64,000 bases of DNA. It comes from Diplonema japonicum (lineage: Eukaryota > Protista > Euglenozoa: Diplonemea). The stretch's first letter is position 1, and every line of letters begins with the position of its first letter. Of the stretch, positions 31,267-42,433 are shown piece after piece. The translations under genes and the position numbers were made by a program. The stretch spans positions 496,001 to 560,000 of the forward strand of contig OZ025680.1 of the NCBI GenBank assembly GCA_964019335.1, written 5' to 3'. The notes under the pieces are model-generated. The model saw nothing but the letters and a program-made list of their open reading frames with translations. It was not told the origin of the DNA and searched no databases.

Positions 31267-32436
31267 ATAAAGAGATTCTGGATGAAAGAAAAATTGAAAA
31301 AAATGCAAGTGCTCATTTGTGTTCCCCCCCCCCCCCCCCCCCCATCACACCAGGAACAAATAGAAAAGGAAAAAAAAATAAAATCCCGAAAGAAAAAGAT
31401 ATGAAAAAAGAACCTTCTCTCGCGCTCCTTTCTACTTTTTTTTTCTCCTGCGCCCCCTCTTTTTTTTTTTTTTTTTTTTTTTTTACTGTAAACCAAGATA
31501 AAATCAAGAAATTCGATAAAGGGATAAAGTTCTTCATCATTACTGCCCAAGGAGGTCTAAGCATTTTTTTTGTCGATTTAAATGACACAGCGGTGTCGAA
31601 TTTTCCTTGGTTTACAGTACTCTTATTCAACAGAAGCTTTCTAAACAACCCTCCCCCCCATGCCCCCAACGCATCGTCTTGACTGTTACCTCTATGCATT
31701 CACTTCAACGTCAGTATCAGGCCGAGAGGAGTCGGGACTGTGGCTTCTTTTTACTTTTCCCTAGGGGAAAGAAAAAAAAGTCGAGGGGTGAATTTTTAAT
31801 TGTTGGTGAGAAGAGGCAATGGTTCTTCATCTTTTTTTCCCCCCCTCTCATGGAGGGGAAAAGAAAAGAACAATCAAAAGAAAATTTTTCAAAAAAAATA
31901 AATTAAAACAAGGAAAACAAAAACAAAACAAAAAATTACAGCTGCGCACTGAATATCTCCGTTTTTGTCTTTTGCTACAGAAAGAACGAAAATGGGGGGA
32001 AATAAGTTTCAGACATGCCTTGTTTTCAATTTTTTGAATATTTCTTTAAAAGAAACCCTGTCTCCCCTTTTCACAAGAAACGAGTTCTCCTTCATGCTGC
32101 TTCCCTTACACTTCTCGCAGCCCCTTCCCATTCCCTTGTATTTACCCCTGTTTCCTTACCCCTCCTTTCTACTGAAGAAAAAAACGAAAGTGAGGCCAGC
32201 AAACCCGATTCGCGGTGTTCTGCTCCACATTCCCCCCTTTTTTTATTCCCCCCCCCCATCTCACACCACTTTTATTCTCCTCTTTCTCCTCTTCTCCTGC
32301 CTCTTTTTTTTCATCCCCTTCTATTTTTTTTTTTCCTTGTTCAAGAAAATTCTCTTATTATTATTTTCCGTTTTTGTTTAATTGCCCCCACACCACCCAC
32401 AGGGGAGACCACCCACGGGGAGGAGCCCCTTACACG

Positions 32437-34073
32437 ATGCATGTTTGGTTAGAGACAGCAGCCTCAGGCAGTGAGGGAGCCATCAGGATAAAGTTGGATG
32501 CTGAGAGTGTGGTGAGTGATATTGCAGTACAGGCCGCAGGCCTGTTCCGGTTTGGGAAAGGGGAGAGGGACCTGAAGGCGTCGCAGATTGCTGTGTGGCA
32601 TGAAGGCGTGCTGATGCCCAACGAGCAGGAAGTCAACGTCCCCAGTGGGGAGACCTTCGTGCTGAAAGAGCGGAAGAGCAAGTTTGCGTCCGAGCCCATG
32701 AAGCACCAAGCTGCGCCCAACTCCAGCGGGTGGTCTTCAGCAGCGCAGTTTGCACCACCCCGTGACGGCCCTGCCGCCGCCACACGAGTCGCGTCTCCCG
32801 CCCGCGCCGCCAGCAACAGCACCCCCGTCACCCCCCGCATCAACAGCATCGCCTCAAAGATGACCGCCAGTGCTGTGAAGCGCCAGGAGGAAGGGAAGTT
32901 CGCACGCTGCAAAGCAACTAAAAAGCTCGAAGGTGACCCCAGCTCCCGCCCACGCTGGGCCACGGCCTCACACCCAGCCCCCTCTCCCAACCCCACCCCC
33001 GCCCCCATCCCTGCCACGCCAGAACGGAAGCCCGCACCTACCACCACCACCGCAGCAGCAGCAAGCATCAAGGCTGACCCTGTTGTCATGAGCAGGAAAA
33101 AGATCAAGGAGTCCACAGAGAGCTCCGCTCCTTCTGCTTCTTTTGAAAGATCCTCCTCCACAAAGCCTGCTGTCCCCAAGCAGGCGGCTGCCAAGAAAAA
33201 GGAAGCTCCTAAAAAGGACAAGGTTCCAGCTGCACCTGCCGCACCGGCGAAGAAGAAAACTGTGCTACCGCCACCTCCCCCAACAGAGCCCGAGCCACAG
33301 GAGGTGAAGGCAGAGGAAAAAAAAGCTGAGGAGGAGAAGGTGGAAGAAAAGGTGGCAGTGGTTGAAGAGGAGGAAGTGGAGAAGGTAACCACGCCGCAGA
33401 TGGCAACTTCTCTGCCCGTAGATGAGTCGCCGGAACCAGTGCAGGAAATGGAAGGGACAGGGATAGAGACACCGCAGAAGAGCGACGCAGAGGAGGCTGT
33501 GGAACAGGGAGATGAGGACGCAGATGCGTCACCACCACCACCGTCTGTATCACCACCGCGTGATGAAGAAGAGCAGAGGGAGGTAGAGGCGCCAAGCACA
33601 CCACCCCCGGTAGAGGAGGAAACGCCTGTGGAGCCACCTTTGGATGCCCCTGAAGAGGGCATGTCATCACCTGAAGATGCGCCAGTGCGGGAAGAAGCTG
33701 AGGCGGAAGAGGTGGGGACGGAAGAGCCTGCAGCTCCGGAGGCACCCCGTTCGCCTGACTTTATTGAGGATGATGAGCACAGCGAAGCAAACTGGGTACT
33801 GAGGTTTAAAGAGTTCTACACTCTGCACAACCCGAGTAAGGTTTGTAACAAATAAAAATAATGGGGAGTAAATAACATCTTTCCCCCCCTCTAGACTGAC
33901 GGAGTGGACACCATCATGGAACGGTACGAGAGCCACCAAGAGAAACAGGAACTGTGGGAAATGCTTCTCAAAAAGGTTTGCTTTGGGGAGAAAGAAAAGA
34001 GAAACCAATATCACAGTATGATCGAACGGAGGTGAACTGGAGGCAGCGGCCCGAGATTCAAGACGAATACTAA
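32437..34073 (+). CDS. Hypothetical protein: small N-terminal globular (possibly ubiquitin-like) domain, Pro/Glu-rich linker, C-terminal FY..HNPSK..VD.I...Y helical module; exons 32437-33840, 33895-33975, 34017-34073
   Basis: Phase-0 introns 33841-33894 and 33976-34016 (GTTTG donors) complete EFYTLHNPSK|TDGVDTIMERYESHQEKQELWEMLLKK|YDR, a motif type I recognise from protist proteins. Confidence 0.72.
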
Positions 34074-34605
34074 AAGGGGGCGAAGTCTCAGCAGTCGCGA
34101 GAAGACAGAAAAAAATAAAAAAGAGAAAGGAAAAAAAAAAGGGGGAAGGGGAGGGGGAGAAAGAAAGGGATAGTAATGATAGATGGTTAGAAATAGAATT
34201 AATAGTCACCCAAAGGGCCAAGTTTCATATCGAACAAAGAAGAAAAAAAAGGGGGACTATCCCTCCCTAGTTTTTATTTTTTTTATTTTTCCATTCATCT
34301 TCGTAGATTTGCAGTGATTGTTATATTTTTACAAGTGTTCTTTTTTTTTTTTTTTTATTTTGCAAGAACGAGTCTTTTGACTCGTCTAAACAAAAGGGGA
34401 ACGTTGACAACGTGTTTGGGTTTACAAACTTCTTCAAGTTTTACCCGGAACGTACAAACAATGGCCAGTTCCTCTTTTTCTTTTTCTTTATTATTTTCCT
34501 CTTTCAGCGTTTATCCCTGCCCTCCTTTGGCCAATTGCCTTTTCTTTTTCTTTTTTTTCTTTTCTCACTCCTCACAAGCATAATAACACCAGAGGGGCAC
34601 CACAA

Positions 34606-37600
34606 ATGGGTGAGACACAAGAGGACCCCTTCGAGCCCCCTCCAGGGGATCTTGTAAGCAGAATTGATGTCATGGTGAAGCAATTGTTCAACATAGTATA
34701 CCCCACGAAAGAGGAGCAACGAGCGGCCGCTGTTGGGGGTGTGATGGTGGGAGGCATTGTCGCACTATTGATGGTGGTGATTGAGAAGGAGGAGGCTGAA
34801 AAGGAAGTACCTGTAAAGGGGAAAGACAAGGGAAAGAAACAACAGCAGCAACCACCTCCATTTCAACCTGACCATGAAGAAGCACTAGAAAGTGCTCGAT
34901 CTGCCAACTCCACAGACTCCGCTGCCAGTGCTATGGTGCAGTACTTCATGGCACAAAACAACAATTTTAGCAGAACGCTTGACGGAAAGATGCAGATTGT
35001 GAAAACGGCATCCTCAGCAAAGCTAAAAGGGATCCAGGACACCGAAACAGAGCTGCTGCGGAAGTACTGCTTCCTGCGGTCGCCGCCTGTGAAGCTCAAG
35101 CAGCAAGTTTCCAACTTCCTCCGAAACTACGGCCCCTTCGAAGTCCTCCGTGGGAAGCCCACAACACCCCCTGTAAAGACGCAGAAGGTCGCCAATATCA
35201 TCGAAGCACGACAGCTCGCACTGACACACCCCTCGGTGCCGTGCTTTGCGTACGAGTCCCATACCTCTGCGCTCCCCACTGCTCCGTTTGACCTTCTCTT
35301 CTACGACTCCCCTGCCGCTGTTGCTGACATCGACCCCAACTCCACATCACGCTTCTACACCACGTTGACCTTCCCCGACCTGTCAGGCGAGTACCTCATC
35401 GAGGAAGGCGACAGCTGCAAGCCATACGACAGGTCGGAAACAATAAAGATATCCCAAGCAGGGAGCTGTGTGTGGGCCGTCCTTGCGTCCCGTGACATAC
35501 TGACAGGCAAGCTTGACCCTGCAGCAGGGACACTGGGCACGCTGAGATGGAGGGAAAGCGAAGTTAAATGTGACAAGTTAGAAGTCATCAGCGAGCAGCC
35601 TCTGTGGCTAAAAGGTGAGTGCGAAAGAGTCACTGATATCCAGGGAACAGTGGAGAGGTGGGAAGTCAGCTTGAAGAAGATAGCAGACTCTGGTGTCATG
35701 TCACAGCCTGTCGAGGTGATGAACATCTCTGAGCTGTACGAGAACACACCTACGGAGGTGTCAGTGCGGTACACGTCGCGACCGGCCGTCATTTCCCTGC
35801 TGCAGGATCAGCCTGGAAAGCCAACCGAGGACTTCCGTATTTTCTACTTTTCGAAAAACCTCGAAGAAGTGATCGGGACGGGTACGTGGATGTCTGGGCT
35901 TCTATCACCACGTCCCATCCTGTCGCACAAGTCTGTCAGCAACTTCCTAGTCGATGCCTACAAGTCGTCCCACGCCAGCGCCGCGAAGAGACCCCTGCCG
36001 GCAGCCATCCCTCCTGCGATACCCACATCTCCTAAAAACCAAAGCAAAGTGCGCTCCAAAACCGGTGGATACTCATGCACAAAGCCCAACTTGTCGCGTG
36101 TCGACCTTTCTATTGTCTCTAAGATGAACAGCGTCCTGAGTCACACGGTGAACCCACGGCACCTCCCCCCCAAGGGTGTCCAACCGCCTATGGAGCTCAG
36201 CATGCTCACTAACGGGGTAGGCGAAACTGGAAAGCTCGTCACAAGGAAGACAGCTGTGATGCAGAGATCAGGGGTAGACAGCGGGACGCTGGGCTCGATG
36301 CCCGAGTCAAACGAAATATTCCATGCTACCCCATCGCGGTTGGTGTTCAGAGAGGGTTCTGCAGGCACGTCGCAGGTGCTGACAATCGTCAACAAAGACA
36401 AAGTGTCCAGGAAACTGCTGGTGCACCCACTTGCGGCCCCATTCTCGCTTGGGAAGGTTACCGCACCACCCCCAGGTGGGATACTGGCGCCTGGGATGTC
36501 ACAAAGGTTTCTCATAACCTTCTCTGAACCGGAAGAGCTCCGTGAGTACAGTGCTAAGATAGTAGTGGCAACTGAGTGGTCGCAGTTCTGCGTGCCGGTG
36601 TTGGCTGAGCGGCGACCTGTGAGCATCTCTCTTGAGGAGTTCGACGAAGAGACAGGGACCCTCGACCTCGGCAGGTGCGTGACAGGACTCACTATTGAGC
36701 GGACATTGAAATTTTACAACGCAGGCGGCATGGGCATCGTGCGGATCTCTTTGAATGAAAACGGCAGCGAGACAGCAACCGCCTCCACCACCTTCCGGGA
36801 AAACAGTACGTTCCCCTTCCCCATACGCGTCGCACCCGCAGGTCCTTGGGAGGGCACAGTCCGTGTCGAAGCGACAGATGACAGAGTATTTGAGTTTCCA
36901 TTGAGGGCAGCTTCAGGCACTCCCGAGATCATGCTGGAACTTGCAGGTCATGAACAAAGGGACACGGGTATACCAATAGAAATGCCCGAGACGCCTAAAG
37001 GGGGTACCTCCACCGTGCGTATCCCGTTCAGGAACACTGGAGATGTGCCTACTAAGCTGCGCTGGGTGGTATCTGAGAGGGAGGTGTTCGACTTTGAGAA
37101 ATATGAAGTAGAACTGGCCCCTGGACAGGGCACTGTCACATCCGTGCGGTTCACGCCGGTGACATTCGAGAGATGCGTGGTTATTGCCTCGCTGGTCATC
37201 CTTGACATGCCAGGGAAGGAGGACGGGCTCGTGGTTGCAAAGTTGACGATAGGCGGACAGGGCTCGCGACTAAAGACGTCAGTTGTGCCCACAACTATCG
37301 ATTTGAAGGACCCGGTGCTTGTGACAGTACCGGAGACGCGACAGGTGATGGTGCAGAACCTTTCGAATAAGTCGATCAAGTACTCTTTGAAGCAAACGAC
37401 AGGTGCTCCAACGACGACCATCACGCTGCAGACACCTTCCACCTTCACCTTGAAACCCATGGAGAAAACAAGCTGTGTCGCGTGTATCACCAGCATGTAC
37501 GTGAGGCCTGAGTTCGAGGCGTGCCTGCACCTTGAGGTTGACGGGGGCGCATGTAAAGGTGTCGACATCACCGTGAGGGGGTGGTCCGCAGGACCTAAGC

Positions 37601-40600
37601 TGGTGGTGGGGCCCAAGACCATAGGCTTTGTCAATAACGGTGTGATCTCTGATCAGCTACGGGGTGCAGGACGTGCTGTCGAAGAGAGTATCACTGTCAA
37701 GAATACGTCACGTGTTCCTGTTGCCATGTTAGTTTATTGTCTGGAAGAGAGGACTGCCTTCATGGAACAAGGCGAGAAATTTGTCCCCATGCTACGCTTC
37801 GAGCCTGAAGTCGGCCTCCTCGAAAAAGGCGAAAGTCGTTCGCTCATTGTGTCCTTAACACCCCCTGACCGAGAGTGCACCATCAACAAGCAGTTGTCTA
37901 TAATCGCCGCACCCCCTGTGCCAATATGTGGTGCTCTACTGGCTCCCCTCACCATCAAGCACCTATCTATCTTCACTCCTTCCGACACTGACCCGCTCAC
38001 CAACTCCACAGCGATCTTCCTGGGCTGTGTACCTCCCACAGCAAGCACTCTGTGCTCTCACATCGAGACGAACCCACAGGTTGTTGTCAATTCCATTCAG
38101 AACCTCAACATCACACGAGCGGGTCTGGGTGTGAACCCCGACCAGATGGTGGGGTTACTGTCGTCAGGGGCGCTACTTCACATGGTGGAGAACGCAGTGC
38201 TGTTGGGGAGACTGAGAAACTATATGCAAATGCTTGATGAAGAGATTGAAATGACAGACTGCGACAGAAGGGATCACCCGCTGGTGGTGTGGGTCCAGAT
38301 GTTACAGAATTTCGTGCAGTGCCTCGCAGCATCGAAGCAAGAGATCAATGTACAGGCCTCAGTGGAGTCGGTGAGATGCAGAGTGTCACCTGCGAAGGTT
38401 AAAGTTAAGAAGTGGTTATTGAACGTGTCTGAGCCAATCATCGTGACTTTGAAAAACGTGTCCGGATTGCCTGCGGTGTTCACATGGGGGACCTTGGATG
38501 GGGAGTATCCTATTGAGGCAACAGCTTACCCTGCCACGGGGACACTGCCAGCAGGGGGGTCTCTTGATGTGAAGCTAACTGTCACCCCTCTGCAGGAGGG
38601 CTTTGTGGATTCGTTGGTGACGTGCATCATAAGAGAGCACGGCATCCAGTCAGCACCTGAGAGCTTCCTTGCCGTAGAGGTGTCTGGGATCGTTGAAGGG
38701 CCGTCCATCTCCATCGAGACCAATACTACAGAGTCTCTTGAGACCTTCATACATGGCATCCTCGATGGCATTCTTGCTGAGAAAGTCTTCAAAGCTCAGC
38801 GCCCCGTGAGGACCGCCCCGTTGATCTTCGACAACGTTGAACTCTTTACGCCAGTCACAGGGCCCATTATTCTGCGGTCTCACCAGGGACCGGACTTAGG
38901 CTACAAACTAATGGTGCAGAACCACCCCGTGCCAATCGAAGAGAAGCTGGGCTCCGCCAAGAAGCTGCTTGCAAAAAGAACGTTCAAAAAAAGTGCAGAC
39001 GGTAGTGGTGGGGTGGAGACGAAGGAGAAGGCTGAGCAAGAAGAGGTGCTGAACCAGATATTAACGCAGTGTTCAGGTGTAGCCATCCAGATTGGGGGGC
39101 AGGAAGGCGTTTTGCCTTCAAGGGGCGAGGTGGCGCTGCAGGCAACGATACACCCTAGCCTCCCAGGCAGGTACACGGACAGCATTGATGTATACCTCGA
39201 AGGGACTACGGAGCAGATCACCATCCCTGTGGAAATCACAGTTCGAGGGCAAGTCTTGTCTTTGTCTGCCACTACACCAGGTATGCTCCTGAACACAGGG
39301 ACAGGCAAGCCGCCTGTACTGGGGTTCCCCGTGTGCTGCGCTTCCGAACTAAACCACCGCGTGAAATACTTCAAGGTTTTCAACAGGCTTAACGAAGCTG
39401 TTGAGGCAGAGTGGAGGGTGTTCTGCGATAACAAGACTGCTGTTGTGTCCGTGGTTGACAGCAAGGTGGTCATCAGCGAGGTGAGCGAGCAAGACACCGA
39501 CCACACAAGGATCACACCCAAAAGAGCTGTAATCCCAAAGAAAAGCGGCTGTACATTCAAAGTAACGATGCTCATGCCCACGCCAGGGAAGTACAGCACA
39601 TCGCTGTTCTGCGAGCCGAAGATAGTGAGCACAGGGAGTGTGAAGAGCGAGAACATAATACCTCTCTCCGTCGATGTGAAGGCCGAGGCCATGTCACGAA
39701 CACTGGAAGTGAACCCAAAGACAGGGAAGTTCTCGTGCATCGGGTGCGTGGCCACTGGCATCGACTATTCTGCTGGTGGACATCGTCAGAAGTTCTTCCT
39801 CACGAACAAGCTCCCCGCTGCAGTTGATTTCACGCTCGCCACGAGAGAGCCATTCGCCGTGACGGGGTACGAGGTCCACCCGGCGAACCCGATGGAGCAT
39901 CAGCTGAAGTCCTCAAAGCCGCCTGGGAACACGCTATTTCAACTGAAGCCTGGTGATGCGTTGGTGTTGGTGGTACAGGTGGAGTGGTCCTTCGACTTGA
40001 CGTCTATTGGGTTCGGGTACTCGTCGTCAACGTCGCCGAAGATGTTACAGAGTTCAGCAAAGCAGCCACACCGCGAGAGGGGCAGGGTCCAAACCTGCGA
40101 TGTAAAGAAGATCGAGAGGAACCTGGTGGTGGAGTACACAGAAGGCGTGGTGCAAGAGATCCCTATGGTGGCTATCATCAGCTACCCTGCCGTGACAGTG
40201 AGTCCCATGGAAGTGCTCTTTGACACGAAGGACGACGGGTGGGTGAAGAGAGTCTTCTTGGCCCCTGTTACGCTAGCGCCTGTGACCTTCACGATACAGC
40301 ACAAGCCTGTAGCCAGACCAGTAACACAGCGCACTGCCCAAGACGTTTCGAAGGAAGGCATCCTTGGCCAGTCTCGTTCGGCAGTGTCCCGCCACCTAGA
40401 TGGAGCCACCACTCATGCACTTTCTACCGACGACCCGTCTGTCTTCTCGTTCTCCCCATCGTCGGCCACCGTTCCTGGCCTCGAGGCAAACGCACCCCCC
40501 TTCCCGATCGAGATCCGTTTCACACCGAAAGGCATCAAGAACTTCCAAAGCTGTTTTACCATCTCCATCGACGGCGGGCGGGCTGTTGACATCGTCATCA

Positions 40601-40668
40601 AAGGCAGGTCCTCAGAGATGGAGTACAGCTACATTAATAGGTCGGCAAAGATGCTCACGGACGAGTAG
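34606..40668 (+). CDS. DLEC1: DLEC1 / CFAP81-like flagellar central-apparatus protein with tandem ASH/PapD-like Ig domains
   Basis: 2020 aa. NPRH is followed by FHATPSRLVF..LTIVNKD..GILAPGMS..VPVLAERRP..DLGRC..NAGGMG, and many repeated xxNxxxxP beta domains follow. Confidence 0.75.
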   Translation: MGETQEDPFEPPPGDLVSRIDVMVKQLFNIVYPTKEEQRAAAVGGVMVGGIVALLMVVIEKEEAEKEVPVKGKDKGKKQQQQPPPFQPDHEEALESARSANSTDSAASAMVQYFMAQNNNFSRTLDGKMQIVKTASSAKLKGIQDTETELLRKYCFLRSPPVKLKQQVSNFLRNYGPFEVLRGKPTTPPVKTQKVANIIEARQLALTHPSVPCFAYESHTSALPTAPFDLLFYDSPAAVADIDPNSTSRFYTTLTFPDLSGEYLIEEGDSCKPYDRSETIKISQAGSCVWAVLASRDILTGKLDPAAGTLGTLRWRESEVKCDKLEVISEQPLWLKGECERVTDIQGTVERWEVSLKKIADSGVMSQPVEVMNISELYENTPTEVSVRYTSRPAVISLLQDQPGKPTEDFRIFYFSKNLEEVIGTGTWMSGLLSPRPILSHKSVSNFLVDAYKSSHASAAKRPLPAAIPPAIPTSPKNQSKVRSKTGGYSCTKPNLSRVDLSIVSKMNSVLSHTVNPRHLPPKGVQPPMELSMLTNGVGETGKLVTRKTAVMQRSGVDSGTLGSMPESNEIFHATPSRLVFREGSAGTSQVLTIVNKDKVSRKLLVHPLAAPFSLGKVTAPPPGGILAPGMSQRFLITFSEPEELREYSAKIVVATEWSQFCVPVLAERRPVSISLEEFDEETGTLDLGRCVTGLTIERTLKFYNAGGMGIVRISLNENGSETATASTTFRENSTFPFPIRVAPAGPWEGTVRVEATDDRVFEFPLRAASGTPEIMLELAGHEQRDTGIPIEMPETPKGGTSTVRIPFRNTGDVPTKLRWVVSEREVFDFEKYEVELAPGQGTVTSVRFTPVTFERCVVIASLVILDMPGKEDGLVVAKLTIGGQGSRLKTSVVPTTIDLKDPVLVTVPETRQVMVQNLSNKSIKYSLKQTTGAPTTTITLQTPSTFTLKPMEKTSCVACITSMYVRPEFEACLHLEVDGGACKGVDITVRGWSAGPKLVVGPKTIGFVNNGVISDQLRGAGRAVEESITVKNTSRVPVAMLVYCLEERTAFMEQGEKFVPMLRFEPEVGLLEKGESRSLIVSLTPPDRECTINKQLSIIAAPPVPICGALLAPLTIKHLSIFTPSDTDPLTNSTAIFLGCVPPTASTLCSHIETNPQVVVNSIQNLNITRAGLGVNPDQMVGLLSSGALLHMVENAVLLGRLRNYMQMLDEEIEMTDCDRRDHPLVVWVQMLQNFVQCLAASKQEINVQASVESVRCRVSPAKVKVKKWLLNVSEPIIVTLKNVSGLPAVFTWGTLDGEYPIEATAYPATGTLPAGGSLDVKLTVTPLQEGFVDSLVTCIIREHGIQSAPESFLAVEVSGIVEGPSISIETNTTESLETFIHGILDGILAEKVFKAQRPVRTAPLIFDNVELFTPVTGPIILRSHQGPDLGYKLMVQNHPVPIEEKLGSAKKLLAKRTFKKSADGSGGVETKEKAEQEEVLNQILTQCSGVAIQIGGQEGVLPSRGEVALQATIHPSLPGRYTDSIDVYLEGTTEQITIPVEITVRGQVLSLSATTPGMLLNTGTGKPPVLGFPVCCASELNHRVKYFKVFNRLNEAVEAEWRVFCDNKTAVVSVVDSKVVISEVSEQDTDHTRITPKRAVIPKKSGCTFKVTMLMPTPGKYSTSLFCEPKIVSTGSVKSENIIPLSVDVKAEAMSRTLEVNPKTGKFSCIGCVATGIDYSAGGHRQKFFLTNKLPAAVDFTLATREPFAVTGYEVHPANPMEHQLKSSKPPGNTLFQLKPGDALVLVVQVEWSFDLTSIGFGYSSSTSPKMLQSSAKQPHRERGRVQTCDVKKIERNLVVEYTEGVVQEIPMVAIISYPAVTVSPMEVLFDTKDDGWVKRVFLAPVTLAPVTFTIQHKPVARPVTQRTAQDVSKEGILGQSRSAVSRHLDGATTHALSTDDPSVFSFSPSSATVPGLEANAPPFPIEIRFTPKGIKNFQSCFTISIDGGRAVDIVIKGRSSEMEYSYINRSAKMLTDE

Positions 40669-40866
40669 AGTTAAAGAACTTGAGGTTACCACCTCCAGGG
40701 GGGTGGGGTAAAGCTTCAACTGAGGGTAATTTAAAAGGGGAGAAAAATAGGAATATTTTTATGCTTCTGCGGTTCGGTCTGTCCATGTATATCTTCTTCC
40801 TTTGTCGACATGCTATTATCTCACAATCTACAGGGTGGAACACCCACGTCCACGAAGAAAGAAAAA

Positions 40867-41976
40867 ATGAACCCGAATGTGAATCCGTACAGTTCAGGAG
40901 CCAACATGTTTGTGGGGGGGCCGGCACAGCAAGAGCAAGGGAGCGAGGCCCCTGCTCCTGCTCCTGCTGCTGCGTCGCCTGCGGGTGATGATCTGTTCAG
41001 CGAGATGAATGTGTTTGAGGATCCTTTTCAGCAAGGGGGGGGCTCTACAGCGAAGGAGGACCCGTTCAAAGCACAGGGGGCGCAAGAGAACCCTTTCCAG
41101 CAGGAGGAGGAGATACAGTTTTACAACCCGAGTGGGAGCAGTGGGGCGAAGGAGAATGTAGCATTCACACCAGAGGGGATGGAAGAGGAGAGTGTGTCCC
41201 CTAGGGTGGAGGTGAGAGTGGAGAGCACCGCTCCAGCACAAGTTCCGGAGCAGGAACTAACACATGAAGCGGAGGAGGAGACGGCACCACGTGAGAAGGT
41301 GCAGCGGACCGCCAAATGCTGGACGCTGGGCTTCTACCAGCAGTACTTCGACGTTGACACTGAGGAGGTGACTGGTAGATGCAGAGAAGTGCTGACCTTC
41401 AAGAAGCCGAGGTTTATGATGTCAGACTGTGAAGGTGGCGAACCTGCGGACATGTACGGCCCTGTGTGGGTTGCAACGACGCTGTGGGTTGCGTTGGCTG
41501 TCTTTGGGGAGATCGGCGGTGAGTTGGACAGCAGCTCGTCGCCTGCAGCCAACACAACCTCCGATCAGAGCAGCGACGATGGGAGCAGCAAAAGCTTCAG
41601 CTTCAATTTCTACTACTTTGTCATCATCGGCATGACTGTTGCTTATGCCTACGTCGTCCTCACGCCCCTCCTCGCCTGGGGGTTGCTCAAGATCAACGAC
41701 ATCAAGATAGACCTCACGAAGATCATCTCCCTCTACGGCTACTCCATGATCCCTTTGCTCTTCGGGTCCCTTATCACCATTGTCCCAAACAAATCCGTCA
41801 AGTGGGGTGCCATCTTCCTCACCTCGGCGGTCTCCTTCACAATCATCATGTTCAACATGTACGGTTTCGGCAGCTCCCTCACTTACAACTGGAAATTAGC
41901 TTACTACGGCAGCATCTCCGTCTGCCACGTTGCCATGTCCATCTTGCTCTTCTACGAGATCCTCTTCCTGGACTAA
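40867..41976 (+). CDS. Yip1-domain protein (YIPF1/YIPF2-like)
   Basis: WTLGFYQQYFDVDT, DMYGPVWVATTL and SLYGYS motifs; five C-terminal TM helices. Confidence 0.9.
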   Translation: MNPNVNPYSSGANMFVGGPAQQEQGSEAPAPAPAAASPAGDDLFSEMNVFEDPFQQGGGSTAKEDPFKAQGAQENPFQQEEEIQFYNPSGSSGAKENVAFTPEGMEEESVSPRVEVRVESTAPAQVPEQELTHEAEEETAPREKVQRTAKCWTLGFYQQYFDVDTEEVTGRCREVLTFKKPRFMMSDCEGGEPADMYGPVWVATTLWVALAVFGEIGGELDSSSSPAANTTSDQSSDDGSSKSFSFNFYYFVIIGMTVAYAYVVLTPLLAWGLLKINDIKIDLTKIISLYGYSMIPLLFGSLITIVPNKSVKWGAIFLTSAVSFTIIMFNMYGFGSSLTYNWKLAYYGSISVCHVAMSILLFYEILFLD

Positions 41977-42101
41977 ACCAGCAGCCGTAGTTGGTATGGT
42001 CGCTCCGCCCACTCCGCCTTCACTACCTGTACAGATGTGATGCCTACAGCGCGTGGCCAAGAGAACAGTGAACAGTGTTCTACGAAAGAGGTTTTTTTTC
42101 A

Positions 42102-42216
42102 AGGTGGTGGGGGGGGGGGGGGGGGGGTAACATGGAGATATAAGGAAGTACATCAGATATGTACCCGAGTTGGTGCTTGGTTGCCTAGGGCATCTGTAGC
42201 GATAAAGTGGCCTCCT
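42102..42216. repeat. Dispersed repeat family A, copy 4 (both ends kept, middle mostly deleted)
   Basis: aggtggtgggg..taacatggagatataaggaagtacatcagat, acccgagt and ggcctcct are shared with copies 1 and 2. Confidence 0.65.
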
Positions 42217-42433
42217 TATCTCCTCGTTTTCTTTTGGGGCGGTGGGGTAAGACGATTATTAGTGTGTCGCATTTGACAAAAAAAAGAAGTTACCCATCCA
42301 TCCCCCTCCCCTTCATTCTGTTATTATATCTTCACATACCCCGCCTTCCTACTCACCTCGTTGCTAACCGTGTCTGACATTGGAACACCTCGTTCGCAAC
42401 CACCACGACACCAACAGTACACCAACAGACAAC

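Noticed and set aside
25908-31651. Identical 17-mer AGCTTTCTAAACAACCC at 25908 and 31635
   Set aside because: No flanking similarity; one such match is plausible by chance in compositionally biased DNA of this length.
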